Shown: positions 18,676 to 26,571 of the stretch, piece by piece
How positions within the stretch are numbered: position 1 is the stretch's first letter
How the letters are laid out: each line of letters starts with the position of its first letter
DNA from: a virus
Taxonomy: Duplodnaviria; Caudoviricetes
DNA length: 28,226 bases
Virus record (IMG/VR): IMGVR_UViG_3300014202_001550
Span: 1 to 28,226 of that record
Direction: 5' to 3' (one strand)
Translations under genes and position numbers: made by a program
The notes under the pieces: model-generated
What the model saw: only the letters and a program-made list of their open reading frames with translations
Databases searched by the model: none
What the model was told of the DNA's origin: nothing

Positions 18676-19314
18676 TTAAAATTTGTGATTCACATACAAA
18701 TCTAAAATATCCTTATGTGCTGCGGTTAATCTTTCGTAAGTATCGTTAGTCCCTACTCCACCACCAATATTTCTATTTTTCATATTTTGTCTTGAATCTC
18801 CTCTACCACTTTCAGCAAACCTTTCAGTAACAAATTCAATACAAATCAATTCAAGGTCTTGCGGAACAGTAGCAAACCCACAATTATAAACTATCTCTAT
18901 TCCTTGTTTGAAGTAAGCGGAACCAAAGGAGTTATTATATAACCATATATAGTTATCATAAAGTATTACATTTCCTGAAAGAGAACCATTAATAATTATA
19001 TTTTGCCATGAAGCTGTTGGATCTGTTCTATATTTTAAACTTTCTACCGAATTGATAAATTTATTTTTCAGCTTTAGAGTATCACCACATTGATAATCGT
19101 AATATCCTCTTATTGCCTGTGCTTTTAATTTTGTTGCACAATATTTTTCAAAAGTAGTTGAAGCGGAACCTATTAAAGTATTTATGTATGAACTAAGACT
19201 ACCAATTTCATCAACTGCAGATAGGGTTAATTTCATGCTATTCATTACAGCTGAAGCACTTGTTAAATGATTTGATGATAGACTTGTCTCAATACAATTT
19301 ATTTCTTTATACAT
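18676..19314 (-). CDS. Head-tail connector (gp6-like)
   Basis: A..FEKYC, I.SVESLKY, IEIVYNCGFATVPQDLELIC, ILDLY motifs. Confidence 0.8.
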   Translation of the reverse strand: MYKEINCIETSLSSNHLTSASAVMNSMKLTLSAVDEIGSLSSYINTLIGSASTTFEKYCATKLKAQAIRGYYDYQCGDTLKLKNKFINSVESLKYRTDPTASWQNIIINGSLSGNVILYDNYIWLYNNSFGSAYFKQGIEIVYNCGFATVPQDLELICIEFVTERFAESGRGDSRQNMKNRNIGGGVGTNDTYERLTAAHKDILDLYVNHKF

Positions 19315-19325
19315 TCTTTCGTTTT

Positions 19326-19368
19326 AAAATGAAAATGGATCCCATAAAGGGAATAAATGGGATCCATT
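19326..19368 (-). terminator. Intrinsic terminator after the major capsid gene
   Basis: Perfect 12-bp stem AATGGATCCCAT/ATGGGATCCATT followed by TTCATTTT on the minus strand. Confidence 0.75.
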
Positions 19369-19394
19369 GAATTTATATAAGGGAAAAACTAAAT

Positions 19395-20483
19395 TTATGC
19401 TGCTGCCTGAGTGATACAAACTGCTGCTTTTGGATTTGCAGAACCTAAAGCCAATGGCTGGAAGAATCTGTAATCAAATGCATTACCAGTTGTTCTAAAT
19501 ACTTCTAACTGCATTGGTCTATCTGCATATTGTATTGCTTCTTTTAAATTTGCCAATACAAAATGTTTTCCAGATGGAGATGAAGTTGTATTCAATACAC
19601 CTGAAGACATTGGAACTATTTCAAATCCGAATGCTTTTGTATATTTATCTACAATTTGAGCAAAGGTGTTATTCGAATCTGCTAATGCTGTTAAATATCT
19701 TTCTTCACTCATATCTACATACCATTTCAAATTCTCATTTCTGTAAGCAGGATCAATTGAAGCTACCATTGCTCTAGCAGAAGTAAGAGTAAATGTGTTT
19801 AGGTTAGTTGAAGAAACACCAGGCAATACAACTGTTTGCACATATGAATCGCCGTATATTCCAACAAATGGAGAACCAGTTCCTGTAAATATTTGAGTAT
19901 CAATTGCTAACGGCATTTGTCTATCAATATTTCTTTTTACAAATCCATCGACATCGTATCCACCTGAAAATAGTTGGTAATCATAAAGAGTTACCCAGCA
20001 ATCCAAAAAGTTAACTGCTACATTTGTAGAGTTTGCACTAACAGCTCCTGTTAAAGAGTTTGTGCTTCTTTGAGTTTTACTTATCCAGTTTGTACTACCT
20101 GCAGAAACTGTTCTTTCGAAAGTAAATGTGTCTGAAACTAAATCACCTGCTCTATAACAATCACCTAATTTCCCAAACTGTCCTTCTTTTGCAACAATTA
20201 ATGGACTAAACTGTTTTGGTACTTCAATAGTAACATTGTTAGTAACTGTGCTATATTCTTTCTTTATATTTCCTAGAGCACAATCCTGCATGAATTTATT
20301 GAATGCTACCTTTAAACCAGGAGTATCTGATATAACTTCAATTTTTGGTGTTGAAGGAATATTTTCATTAACTGGTTTTTTACTATTTTTTAGTGCGTCT
20401 TTTACCTGTTCATCTATTAATTTTTGTAATTCTGGAGATACCTCAGGTAAAGTATTTTCTTTTATATCTTTTTCGTTTTCCAT
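19395..20483 (-). CDS. Major capsid protein, HK97 fold
   Basis: VPKQFS..I, AIDTQIFTGTGSPFVGI, FGFEIV, VLANLK, NPKAAV; follows the protease. Confidence 0.9.
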   Translation of the reverse strand: MENEKDIKENTLPEVSPELQKLIDEQVKDALKNSKKPVNENIPSTPKIEVISDTPGLKVAFNKFMQDCALGNIKKEYSTVTNNVTIEVPKQFSPLIVAKEGQFGKLGDCYRAGDLVSDTFTFERTVSAGSTNWISKTQRSTNSLTGAVSANSTNVAVNFLDCWVTLYDYQLFSGGYDVDGFVKRNIDRQMPLAIDTQIFTGTGSPFVGIYGDSYVQTVVLPGVSSTNLNTFTLTSARAMVASIDPAYRNENLKWYVDMSEERYLTALADSNNTFAQIVDKYTKAFGFEIVPMSSGVLNTTSSPSGKHFVLANLKEAIQYADRPMQLEVFRTTGNAFDYRFFQPLALGSANPKAAVCITQAAA

Positions 20484-20604
20484 GTATTTCTATAAATAAG
20501 GCTTAAATCTGAAGTAACAATTTTGTTAAGTGTGCTTATCTTCTTTTCCCTAACTACCTTAGTAATATTTCTAGAAGATTACCTGTTAGTCCCTAGTACT
20601 TTAA

Positions 20605-21366
20605 TTAAGCTACTTTTCCTAAATTCTTTGCTATACTATTTTTTATAAGTTCACTAATATTTGCTTCGGTTTCTCTTTTCTTATACTGTTCAAGAGTATT
20701 TTTAATTTCATTCATATCTGTTTCAATACCAGTAAATTTATTTTTCAATTCTTCATTTAAGGTATTTATTGCATCTATTTTTGCATTCAAATCGGTAAGA
20801 CCGTTTAAACTATTTTCAAAAGAAGCTATTTTATTTTTTACTTCTTCCATTTCAATATTCTTTTCTAAAGCCATTATAATTTCCTCACTCTTTACTTTTT
20901 TAAGTGCATTTACAACACATCCTGGGTTTGCAGGGATCGTAACACAAGATTGCTCTAACATTTCTGTTTCCGTAAAAACTAAATATCCTTCATCATGTAA
21001 ATATCCATTATGTACCAAATATCCCATGCTTAATCCACGCATATCGCCATCTTTATATAGGGTCCATAGATCCTGACCCAATTGGGTTTTAGCAAATCTT
21101 ATTTCAGTTACCAATCCAAACTTTTCTTTTATAACTTTTACAGATTGACCTACTGAAATACTATCATTATGATTTAATAATACAACAGGATTAAGCAGAT
21201 AATTCTCAATGGAAACTCCCTCTGGAACCACAATTTGACCATTCCTATTAAGTTCGGAAGTGGTAATGAATGCCTTAATCGTACGTTCATTTTCATTGTA
21301 ATCTCTTACAATGCTAGGGTAATAACTCTGATAATTTGTAAGTTGATTTGCTTGAAGCTGTACCAA
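20605..21366 (-). CDS. Prohead protease, HK97 family, with C-terminal coiled coil (scaffold-like); TTG start uncertain
   Basis: NPVVLLNH (His), GLSMGY (Ser), EQSCVTIPANP. Confidence 0.93.
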   Translation of the reverse strand: MVQLQANQLTNYQSYYPSIVRDYNENERTIKAFITTSELNRNGQIVVPEGVSIENYLLNPVVLLNHNDSISVGQSVKVIKEKFGLVTEIRFAKTQLGQDLWTLYKDGDMRGLSMGYLVHNGYLHDEGYLVFTETEMLEQSCVTIPANPGCVVNALKKVKSEEIIMALEKNIEMEEVKNKIASFENSLNGLTDLNAKIDAINTLNEELKNKFTGIETDMNEIKNTLEQYKKRETEANISELIKNSIAKNLGKVA

Positions 21367-21584
21367 ATAATTCCATTCTTTTATAAGAAAGAAACCATTT
21401 TAGAAAGCGTATTACGGAAGGATTTATTAAGAGTAGTGTTTGTAAATAGTTTTGTTAGGTTAACAGCCTGAAATTACAAAAAGTCTCTTTAATAATTATT
21501 AATCCAGATTATTTTACTGGAGATTATTTTATAAATATACATACCTGTTTTGTGAATCGTCAATACCTATAATGTTTTATTATT

Positions 21585-21986
21585 AACTTTTTAGCAACAA
21601 AATCAAAAAGCAAATTTTGTTGCCAATGTTAAAGTCTCTAACCTAAGACTATTCCATTTCTTTTATATATGTCCCCATCCCACAGGACGTAGTTACCTTT
21701 AGCACTAGAACCAATGTTTCAGGATCCATATATGAAGTTTGATATAGTTATTGTATTCGTAGCTCTCAAATAAGTTATACTACTATTTGCTATATCATTT
21801 TGTAGCAGGCTTTTTACTTAGACTATGTTTCCCATTTGTCTGGGTATCTTTTCAAACTACCTGTCACCCGAGATACAGTCTCACACTGTGCGGGAATGCT
21901 GTGAGGATATTGCTATTATCTTATTTCACAAGCGCCCATCTCGAGGGATTACCTTTATGGTGTTTGGACCAATGTCCCCACCCACA
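21585..21986 (-). ncRNA. Candidate structured RNA or cis-element upstream of the head genes
   Basis: At least six consecutive hairpins, a GAAA tetraloop, a terminal 14-bp stem with minus-strand G-U pairs, and flanking direct repeats. Confidence 0.4.
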
Positions 21987-22068
21987 TAATATATATTCTG
22001 CCAACATCCCAAAAATGGATGAAATAGAATATTTTTTTATCATTTAGATCACTTTGAATAATATATAT
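21985..22068. promoter_or_regulatory. Divergent control region with two AATATATAT motifs
   Basis: GCAGAATATATATTAT on minus (identical to plus-strand 23246-23261) and TTGAATAATATATAT on plus (identical to minus-strand 3436-3450). Confidence 0.55.
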
Positions 22069-22084
22069 GGTAAGGAGTAAATCA

Positions 22085-22285
22085 ATGAACTATACAGATA
22101 AACAGATAAAGAGAATCATAAAAGATTATTACCGAAAATATGATGAACTAATAGAAAGTTGGGAATACAGAAGATTTGAGGCCTTAATAAACTATTATAA
22201 TAAAAAGGAAATGAGCTTGGATGAATACATAACAGATTTTGCCATGAATGAAAGCATTAGGAAAGATAGGCTAAGGAGCAACTAA
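22085..22285 (+). CDS. Hypothetical protein
   Basis: Start moved to ATG 22085, after TAAGGAG at 22071; TAATG-coupled to the sigma gene. Confidence 0.7.
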   Translation: MNYTDKQIKRIIKDYYRKYDELIESWEYRRFEALINYYNKKEMSLDEYITDFAMNESIRKDRLRSN

Positions 22286-23001
22286 TGAAACTACAGGATG
22301 AAAATCATTTTAAAAAATATATCTATCATTTACTGAAGCATAAAAAACACTATACAGCGAATGAGCAAAGGCAAATGGTAAAGGACTATAATCAGACTCA
22401 TAATACTGCAATTAGGGATGAGCTGATATTATCAAATTTAAAATTAATATATAAATTAACACTAGAACATTGGAATAATAATTATAAACAAAATCATATG
22501 TCCCTAGGGGATGTATTCCAGGAAATGATATTATTATTTATTCAAGCATTAAAATATTACAATCCGAAATTTAACCTATCCACTTGTTTTAGAACAACTG
22601 TTAAAACACATATTATAAAAGCGGTTAGAATGAAGACTGTAAAAGAACCAATACAAAAGCAATATATGGATACACCTAAATTAACCTTTACAGAGTATAA
22701 TGAAGATATTTTTGAGGATGAGATTGAATCTGTAACTAATTATGAAGATATAAAAAAAATAATAAAAATTGCTTTTAAGAAATTGGATAAAGTTGAGCTT
22801 GGACGCAACAGAGAAAAGATTGATGAACAGTCTAAAAATATGATAAAAATGAAATATGGGATGGATCCTTTTGAAAAGGAATATTCTGAAGTAGAAATTG
22901 CAAAACATTACAAGATAACTAAACAGGCAGTAAATGTAAAAATTCATAGACTACTAAAGCAGTTTAAAAAGATGGATGTTTTTAAAGAGTTGTTAGACTA
23001 A
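22285..23001 (+). CDS. Phage sigma-70-family RNA polymerase sigma factor
   Basis: Region 2 (RDELILSNLKLI..DVFQE..ALKYYNP..ST) and region 4 HTH (MIKMKYG..SEVEIAKHYKITKQAV). Confidence 0.88.
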   Translation: MKLQDENHFKKYIYHLLKHKKHYTANEQRQMVKDYNQTHNTAIRDELILSNLKLIYKLTLEHWNNNYKQNHMSLGDVFQEMILLFIQALKYYNPKFNLSTCFRTTVKTHIIKAVRMKTVKEPIQKQYMDTPKLTFTEYNEDIFEDEIESVTNYEDIKKIIKIAFKKLDKVELGRNREKIDEQSKNMIKMKYGMDPFEKEYSEVEIAKHYKITKQAVNVKIHRLLKQFKKMDVFKELLD

Positions 23002-23054
23002 TAATTTTTATTTTAAAGTTTTCGGCGTAATATATATTATATAAGGATTGAAGT

Positions 23055-23246
23055 ATGAATAAAGGTAAAATGAAAGATAACCCAATAAAGAAAATTAATT
23101 TTGAAATTAAAAAGACTTTAAAGAATGCAAAGAAGAACATGAAACTAATTGATATAAATGGTTATGCTGTACTGGTCCCGACTGGAAAAACTTTTGACAA
23201 AGTACAACAATTATATGCGGAAAGAAAAAAGTTTTTAAGTGATTAG
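23055..23246 (+). CDS. Hypothetical protein (63 aa)
   Basis: TAAGGA SD; AATATATATT motif upstream. Confidence 0.65.
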   Translation: MNKGKMKDNPIKKINFEIKKTLKNAKKNMKLIDINGYAVLVPTGKTFDKVQQLYAERKKFLSD

Positions 23247-23295
23247 CAGAATATATATTATAAAGGGTTTCATCTAAGTTAATTGGGAATGACTA

Positions 23296-23622
23296 ATGAA
23301 AATGAAAAACAAATTCACAAAAGAGACAAGAAGGGAAAGTTTTCTATCGGAAAAAAGCAAATTTAAAACACAGGAACAAATCATTCTAGCCCTGATGGCT
23401 GAGAATATAGACTATTCAAAAGAAGACATAATAACAGCACTTACAATTTATAATAACAGTGTATCAAAAGAAGAAAGATTTAATATGCTTAGTAGTAGTA
23501 TATGCCGTGCTATTAGCAATCTTAAAAAGGAAGGTTTTATCGTTGAAAGCGGAAAGAAAATGGGAGAATGGGGTAAGAAAGTTGCCACATATCAGGTTGC
23601 TACCCAATTTTCTTTCTTTTAA
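23296..23622 (+). CDS. Winged-helix DNA-binding protein
   Basis: SSICRAISNLKKEGFIVESG..G..GKK...Y wHTH pattern. Confidence 0.7.
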   Translation: MKMKNKFTKETRRESFLSEKSKFKTQEQIILALMAENIDYSKEDIITALTIYNNSVSKEERFNMLSSSICRAISNLKKEGFIVESGKKMGEWGKKVATYQVATQFSFF

Positions 23623-23634
23623 AGGAGATAAATA

Positions 23635-23793
23635 ATGAATAACATAAAACTAAGTGATAAGGATATGAAAAGAGTTTATTGGGTAATATCAAATTGGATT
23701 ATAGATCGTAAGAGTGATAAGAATAAACAACTAAGTTCGGAAATAGTAAAAGATTGCAAAAGGTTGCAGAAGAAATTTAAAGGAGAAAAATAA
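23635..23793 (+). CDS. Small hypothetical protein (52 aa); not in the ORF track
   Basis: AAGGAG SD; fills the gap between its neighbours. Confidence 0.65.
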   Translation: MNNIKLSDKDMKRVYWVISNWIIDRKSDKNKQLSSEIVKDCKRLQKKFKGEK

Positions 23794-23794
23794 A

Positions 23795-24445
23795 ATGATT
23801 ACTATTAAAACAAGTTTTCCAATTGCAATAGACTCACCCGACCATTTAAGGCCCTGGGGTACTATGAGGGACAACTCAACTGATTTTAATTTCATAAATG
23901 AAATGGAAGAACATTTCAAACACAAGATAAATTTTTTAGATTTAGGTTGTTCTGGTGGGGCATTGGTGCATGACTTCTTAAAAAGAGGACACAAAGCAGT
24001 AGGTTTGGAGGGTAGTGACTATTCATTAAAAAATAAAAGGGCTGAATGGCCTACATTGGCAAATAAAAACCTTTTCACTTGTGATATTAGTAAGATATAT
24101 GAAATATTTGAAGATGATAAGCCAATGAAATTTGATTTGATAACTGCGTGGGAAGTAGTTGAACATATACACCCAGATGCATTAGACATATTTTTTGAAA
24201 ACATAAAAAACCATTTAAAACCAGAAGGTATATTTCTTGCTAGTGTTAGTACATGTAATTCTTTTGAGAATGGAGTGGAATTACACCAGTCAGTTTTTAC
24301 AGAAAAGGAGTGGAAAGAAAATATTTTAAATAAAGTATTAAGTCTATATGACTATCCATTCAAGAATAAAGTAAGAAAAGATGAGGGTTCTTTTCATATT
24401 TTATTAAAAGGAGATAAACAAAATGAAAGTAATAGAAAAATATAA
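23795..24445 (+). CDS. Class I SAM-dependent methyltransferase
   Basis: FLDLGCSGG, VGLE, CDI, FDLITAWEVVEHI, LKPEG. Confidence 0.9.
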   Translation: MITIKTSFPIAIDSPDHLRPWGTMRDNSTDFNFINEMEEHFKHKINFLDLGCSGGALVHDFLKRGHKAVGLEGSDYSLKNKRAEWPTLANKNLFTCDISKIYEIFEDDKPMKFDLITAWEVVEHIHPDALDIFFENIKNHLKPEGIFLASVSTCNSFENGVELHQSVFTEKEWKENILNKVLSLYDYPFKNKVRKDEGSFHILLKGDKQNESNRKI

Positions 24446-24584
24446 AGAACCAATTAAGATAAAAGATTTAGAAATTCTTGCTGAAGAAAATGACATGTAT
24501 TTTGTGTATGATACAACCACAAATAATTTTTACTGGCAGGATGTAGAAATATTTAATGTACTTCATATTCTAAAGGAGAAATAA
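24423..24584 (+). CDS. Small hypothetical protein (53 aa); not in the ORF track
   Basis: AAGGAG SD; stop abuts the next ATG. Confidence 0.65.
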   Translation: MKVIEKYKEPIKIKDLEILAEENDMYFVYDTTTNNFYWQDVEIFNVLHILKEK

Positions 24585-24962
24585 ATGGCATTTGATATAT
24601 TGATAGATAAAGCAAAATACAAGCAACGATACTATATGGTGAATAAAATGGTATTAGGTGCAAATGCAAATGCGCTTTTACTTACAACAGCACATGAAAG
24701 AAAATATATAGACAAAACCATTGTTGGAGTTTCTAATGGATATATGAGAGAAGTCTATGAAGATGGTTCAAGTATTTTAAATGTTTCATGGACTCCATTA
24801 GGTCAAATGCCAAGAACAGTTGAAATAGAAGAATGGGATCCAGAAAACTCACGTCTTATACCATTAAATACCAAATGTCAAAGATTTGTATATAGAATAA
24901 AGTGCTATTTTGAAAATTTTAAAGAAGCTTGGTATTGCTTAAAAGAAGCCGATTGGAGTTGA
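24585..24962 (+). CDS. Hypothetical protein (125 aa)
   Basis: AAGGAG SD; ORF track. Confidence 0.7.
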   Translation: MAFDILIDKAKYKQRYYMVNKMVLGANANALLLTTAHERKYIDKTIVGVSNGYMREVYEDGSSILNVSWTPLGQMPRTVEIEEWDPENSRLIPLNTKCQRFVYRIKCYFENFKEAWYCLKEADWS

Positions 24963-25023
24963 TTACTAAGGAAACGAACGGTATGTTCGAGACGCAATTT
25001 TTTAAAACTAATAAGGAGATAAA

Positions 25024-25476
25024 ATGAAAAGCACTTTTAAATATTTATTCTACACATTCCTAGTTGCAGCAGTAATGGTTTTCATTGTAGGTTGCGGTGA
25101 AGATCCTGTAACTCCAACTAACAATAATAATGGAAATGGTAATAATACGGATAGTCTCGTATTTGCATGGGATAGTATAAGTTTTTATCAGGATACTAAT
25201 GCTACCATACTAAGCAATTATCTAACTAATATAGATAGTATGAAAATAACTTTTGAGTTATCCATTGTAGGCGATTTTAGCAACAACGCAAGAATATATA
25301 TATCAAGGGCAGAAACTACCAATATTTCAAATGTTTCTTATATTGCAGGAAACTATAATGATAGTGTTTTAATTAGATTCAATCCTGGAGAGATTAATTT
25401 CTATATCAAATTTTATTTTAGCACTAACAATGGTTCTATTGCAATGCGAAATATAAAGGCATATAAAGTGTTGTAA
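25024..25476 (+). CDS. Lipoprotein
   Basis: Signal peptide with lipobox IVG-C, Asn/Gly linker, beta-rich domain; TAAGGAG SD. Confidence 0.85.
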   Translation: MKSTFKYLFYTFLVAAVMVFIVGCGEDPVTPTNNNNGNGNNTDSLVFAWDSISFYQDTNATILSNYLTNIDSMKITFELSIVGDFSNNARIYISRAETTNISNVSYIAGNYNDSVLIRFNPGEINFYIKFYFSTNNGSIAMRNIKAYKVL

Positions 25477-25500
25477 TTCATTCCCAAGATGAATGCAGTA

Positions 25501-25540
25501 AAAAAGAAACCCCGTCTAAGTTGTATAGACGGGGTTTTGC
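25501..25540. terminator. Bidirectional intrinsic terminator
   Basis: AAACCCCGTCTA-AGTTGTA-TAGACGGGGTTT flanked by A and T runs, between convergent genes. Confidence 0.88.
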
Positions 25541-25652
25541 TTTATGCTTCTATTAAATAACTAACAGCTCATTTCAAGCTTTCTGTATCCTTGGCTGAAA
25601 GTGCTAAATACCAGTACAGCAACCCCTTTCATTATAGGATTAGTTATTTGAA

Positions 25653-25874
25653 TCATTTATATCTACTAATAAAATTTAATTTCTTTTGTATATCAGAATC
25701 TTTAAAATCCAAATGATCCTTATTTATTTGTAAAAATAATTTCCTGAATTTTGATCGATAATCCTTCTCTGAAAGTATGATTATATCATTTTTGTAATTA
25801 TATATGAATTTACACAACTCATCTAATGTTTTTAGACTATGATTACTTATTATGTCAAACATTTTTACCCTCAA
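25653..25874 (-). CDS. Hypothetical protein (73 aa; start uncertain)
   Basis: ORF track; follows the 25890 gene. Confidence 0.5.
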   Translation of the reverse strand: MRVKMFDIISNHSLKTLDELCKFIYNYKNDIIILSEKDYRSKFRKLFLQINKDHLDFKDSDIQKKLNFISRYK

Positions 25875-25889
25875 ATCTTATTTTCTTTT

Positions 25890-26168
25890 TCATTCTACAT
25901 CCCATCCTTCTGATTTTCCTACAAAATCATAGTTTGCATTTCTTCTTTTGGCATCTTCCTGATGTGCCCATTCAATATCTTCTATATTAGTTTTTATGGA
26001 ATAAAAACGTTTTTTTAGTTCTTCTTCATCCTTCCAGTGCAGTTCATTTTTCACAAAAGTATCCAAAAATAAACCCAATCCATATTTCATTTTTTCCGTA
26101 TCTGAAAGTTTACCAAACTCATTCAGAATGTTTTCTATTGCTTTTGGGTTTCTCTTTATTGCTTTCAT
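25890..26168 (-). CDS. Hypothetical protein (92 aa from MKAIKRN)
   Basis: AAGGAG SD before ATG 26168 favours this start over TTG 26294. Confidence 0.7.
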   Translation of the reverse strand: MKAIKRNPKAIENILNEFGKLSDTEKMKYGLGLFLDTFVKNELHWKDEEELKKRFYSIKTNIEDIEWAHQEDAKRRNANYDFVGKSEGWDVE

Positions 26169-26256
26169 TCTATTGACTCCTTTTTTATTTGCACTTTGTA
26201 TACTATATATATGCGTTGATTCACCTGAAAACAGAAAACTTTTGTATCTTTTATGA

Positions 26257-26269
26257 TATACAAATTTAA
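26257..26269 (-). promoter_or_regulatory. Putative host-type promoter element TAAATTTG (TAnnTTTG)
   Basis: TTAAATTTGTATA on minus, with TTGACA further upstream at 26289-26294; same 13-mer at 26954-26966. Confidence 0.45.
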
Positions 26270-26361
26270 CATGAAAACCCTTAAGAGTTGTCAAGAGAAA
26301 TATGCAAATCGTAATGCCTTACGAAATAAAAGTTTGAAATAATATTTGTAATTAAAACTCA

Positions 26362-26556
26362 TTAAACAGTAAAAGGTAAATCTGATTCTTCAATACTTTC
26401 ATTCTTATTATTATACCATTTATCACTTACATATCTAAAGTCTTCTTCAAACTCTTTAGCAATTAACACACCATCTTTATCATAATATTCACAGATTACG
26501 CCATCTTTTTTTAATAGGTAATAGTCATCTGGTATACTTTCATTTTTATTTTCCAT
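26362..26556 (-). CDS. Small acidic hypothetical protein (64 aa)
   Basis: ORF track; ends in ESDLPF, which resembles an SSB-type acidic tail. Confidence 0.6.
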   Translation of the reverse strand: MENKNESIPDDYYLLKKDGVICEYYDKDGVLIAKEFEEDFRYVSDKWYNNKNESIEESDLPFTV

Positions 26557-26571
26557 TGTTTTCTTTTAATT

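Noticed and set aside
3622-21471. Plus-strand ORFs inside the late operon (e.g. 8522-8803, 13590-14162, 14473-14742, 19514-19777, 21235-21471)
   Set aside because: Antisense to well-supported genes, with the biased composition typical of shadow frames.
21787-22047. 86-aa plus-strand ORF
   Set aside because: TTG start, no SD, atypical Cys/Leu-rich sequence; the region is better explained as structured non-coding sequence.
22681-24204. Minus-strand ORFs 22681-22947, 23731-23994 and 24019-24204
   Set aside because: Antisense to the sigma and methyltransferase genes.
25120-25146. AAT-rich short tandem repeat
   Set aside because: It encodes the ordinary Asn/Gly linker of the lipoprotein.
26169-26294. 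N-terminal extension of the 25890 ORF from TTG 26294
   Set aside because: That TTG is part of a TTGACA in a promoter-like region; ATG 26168 has a strong SD.
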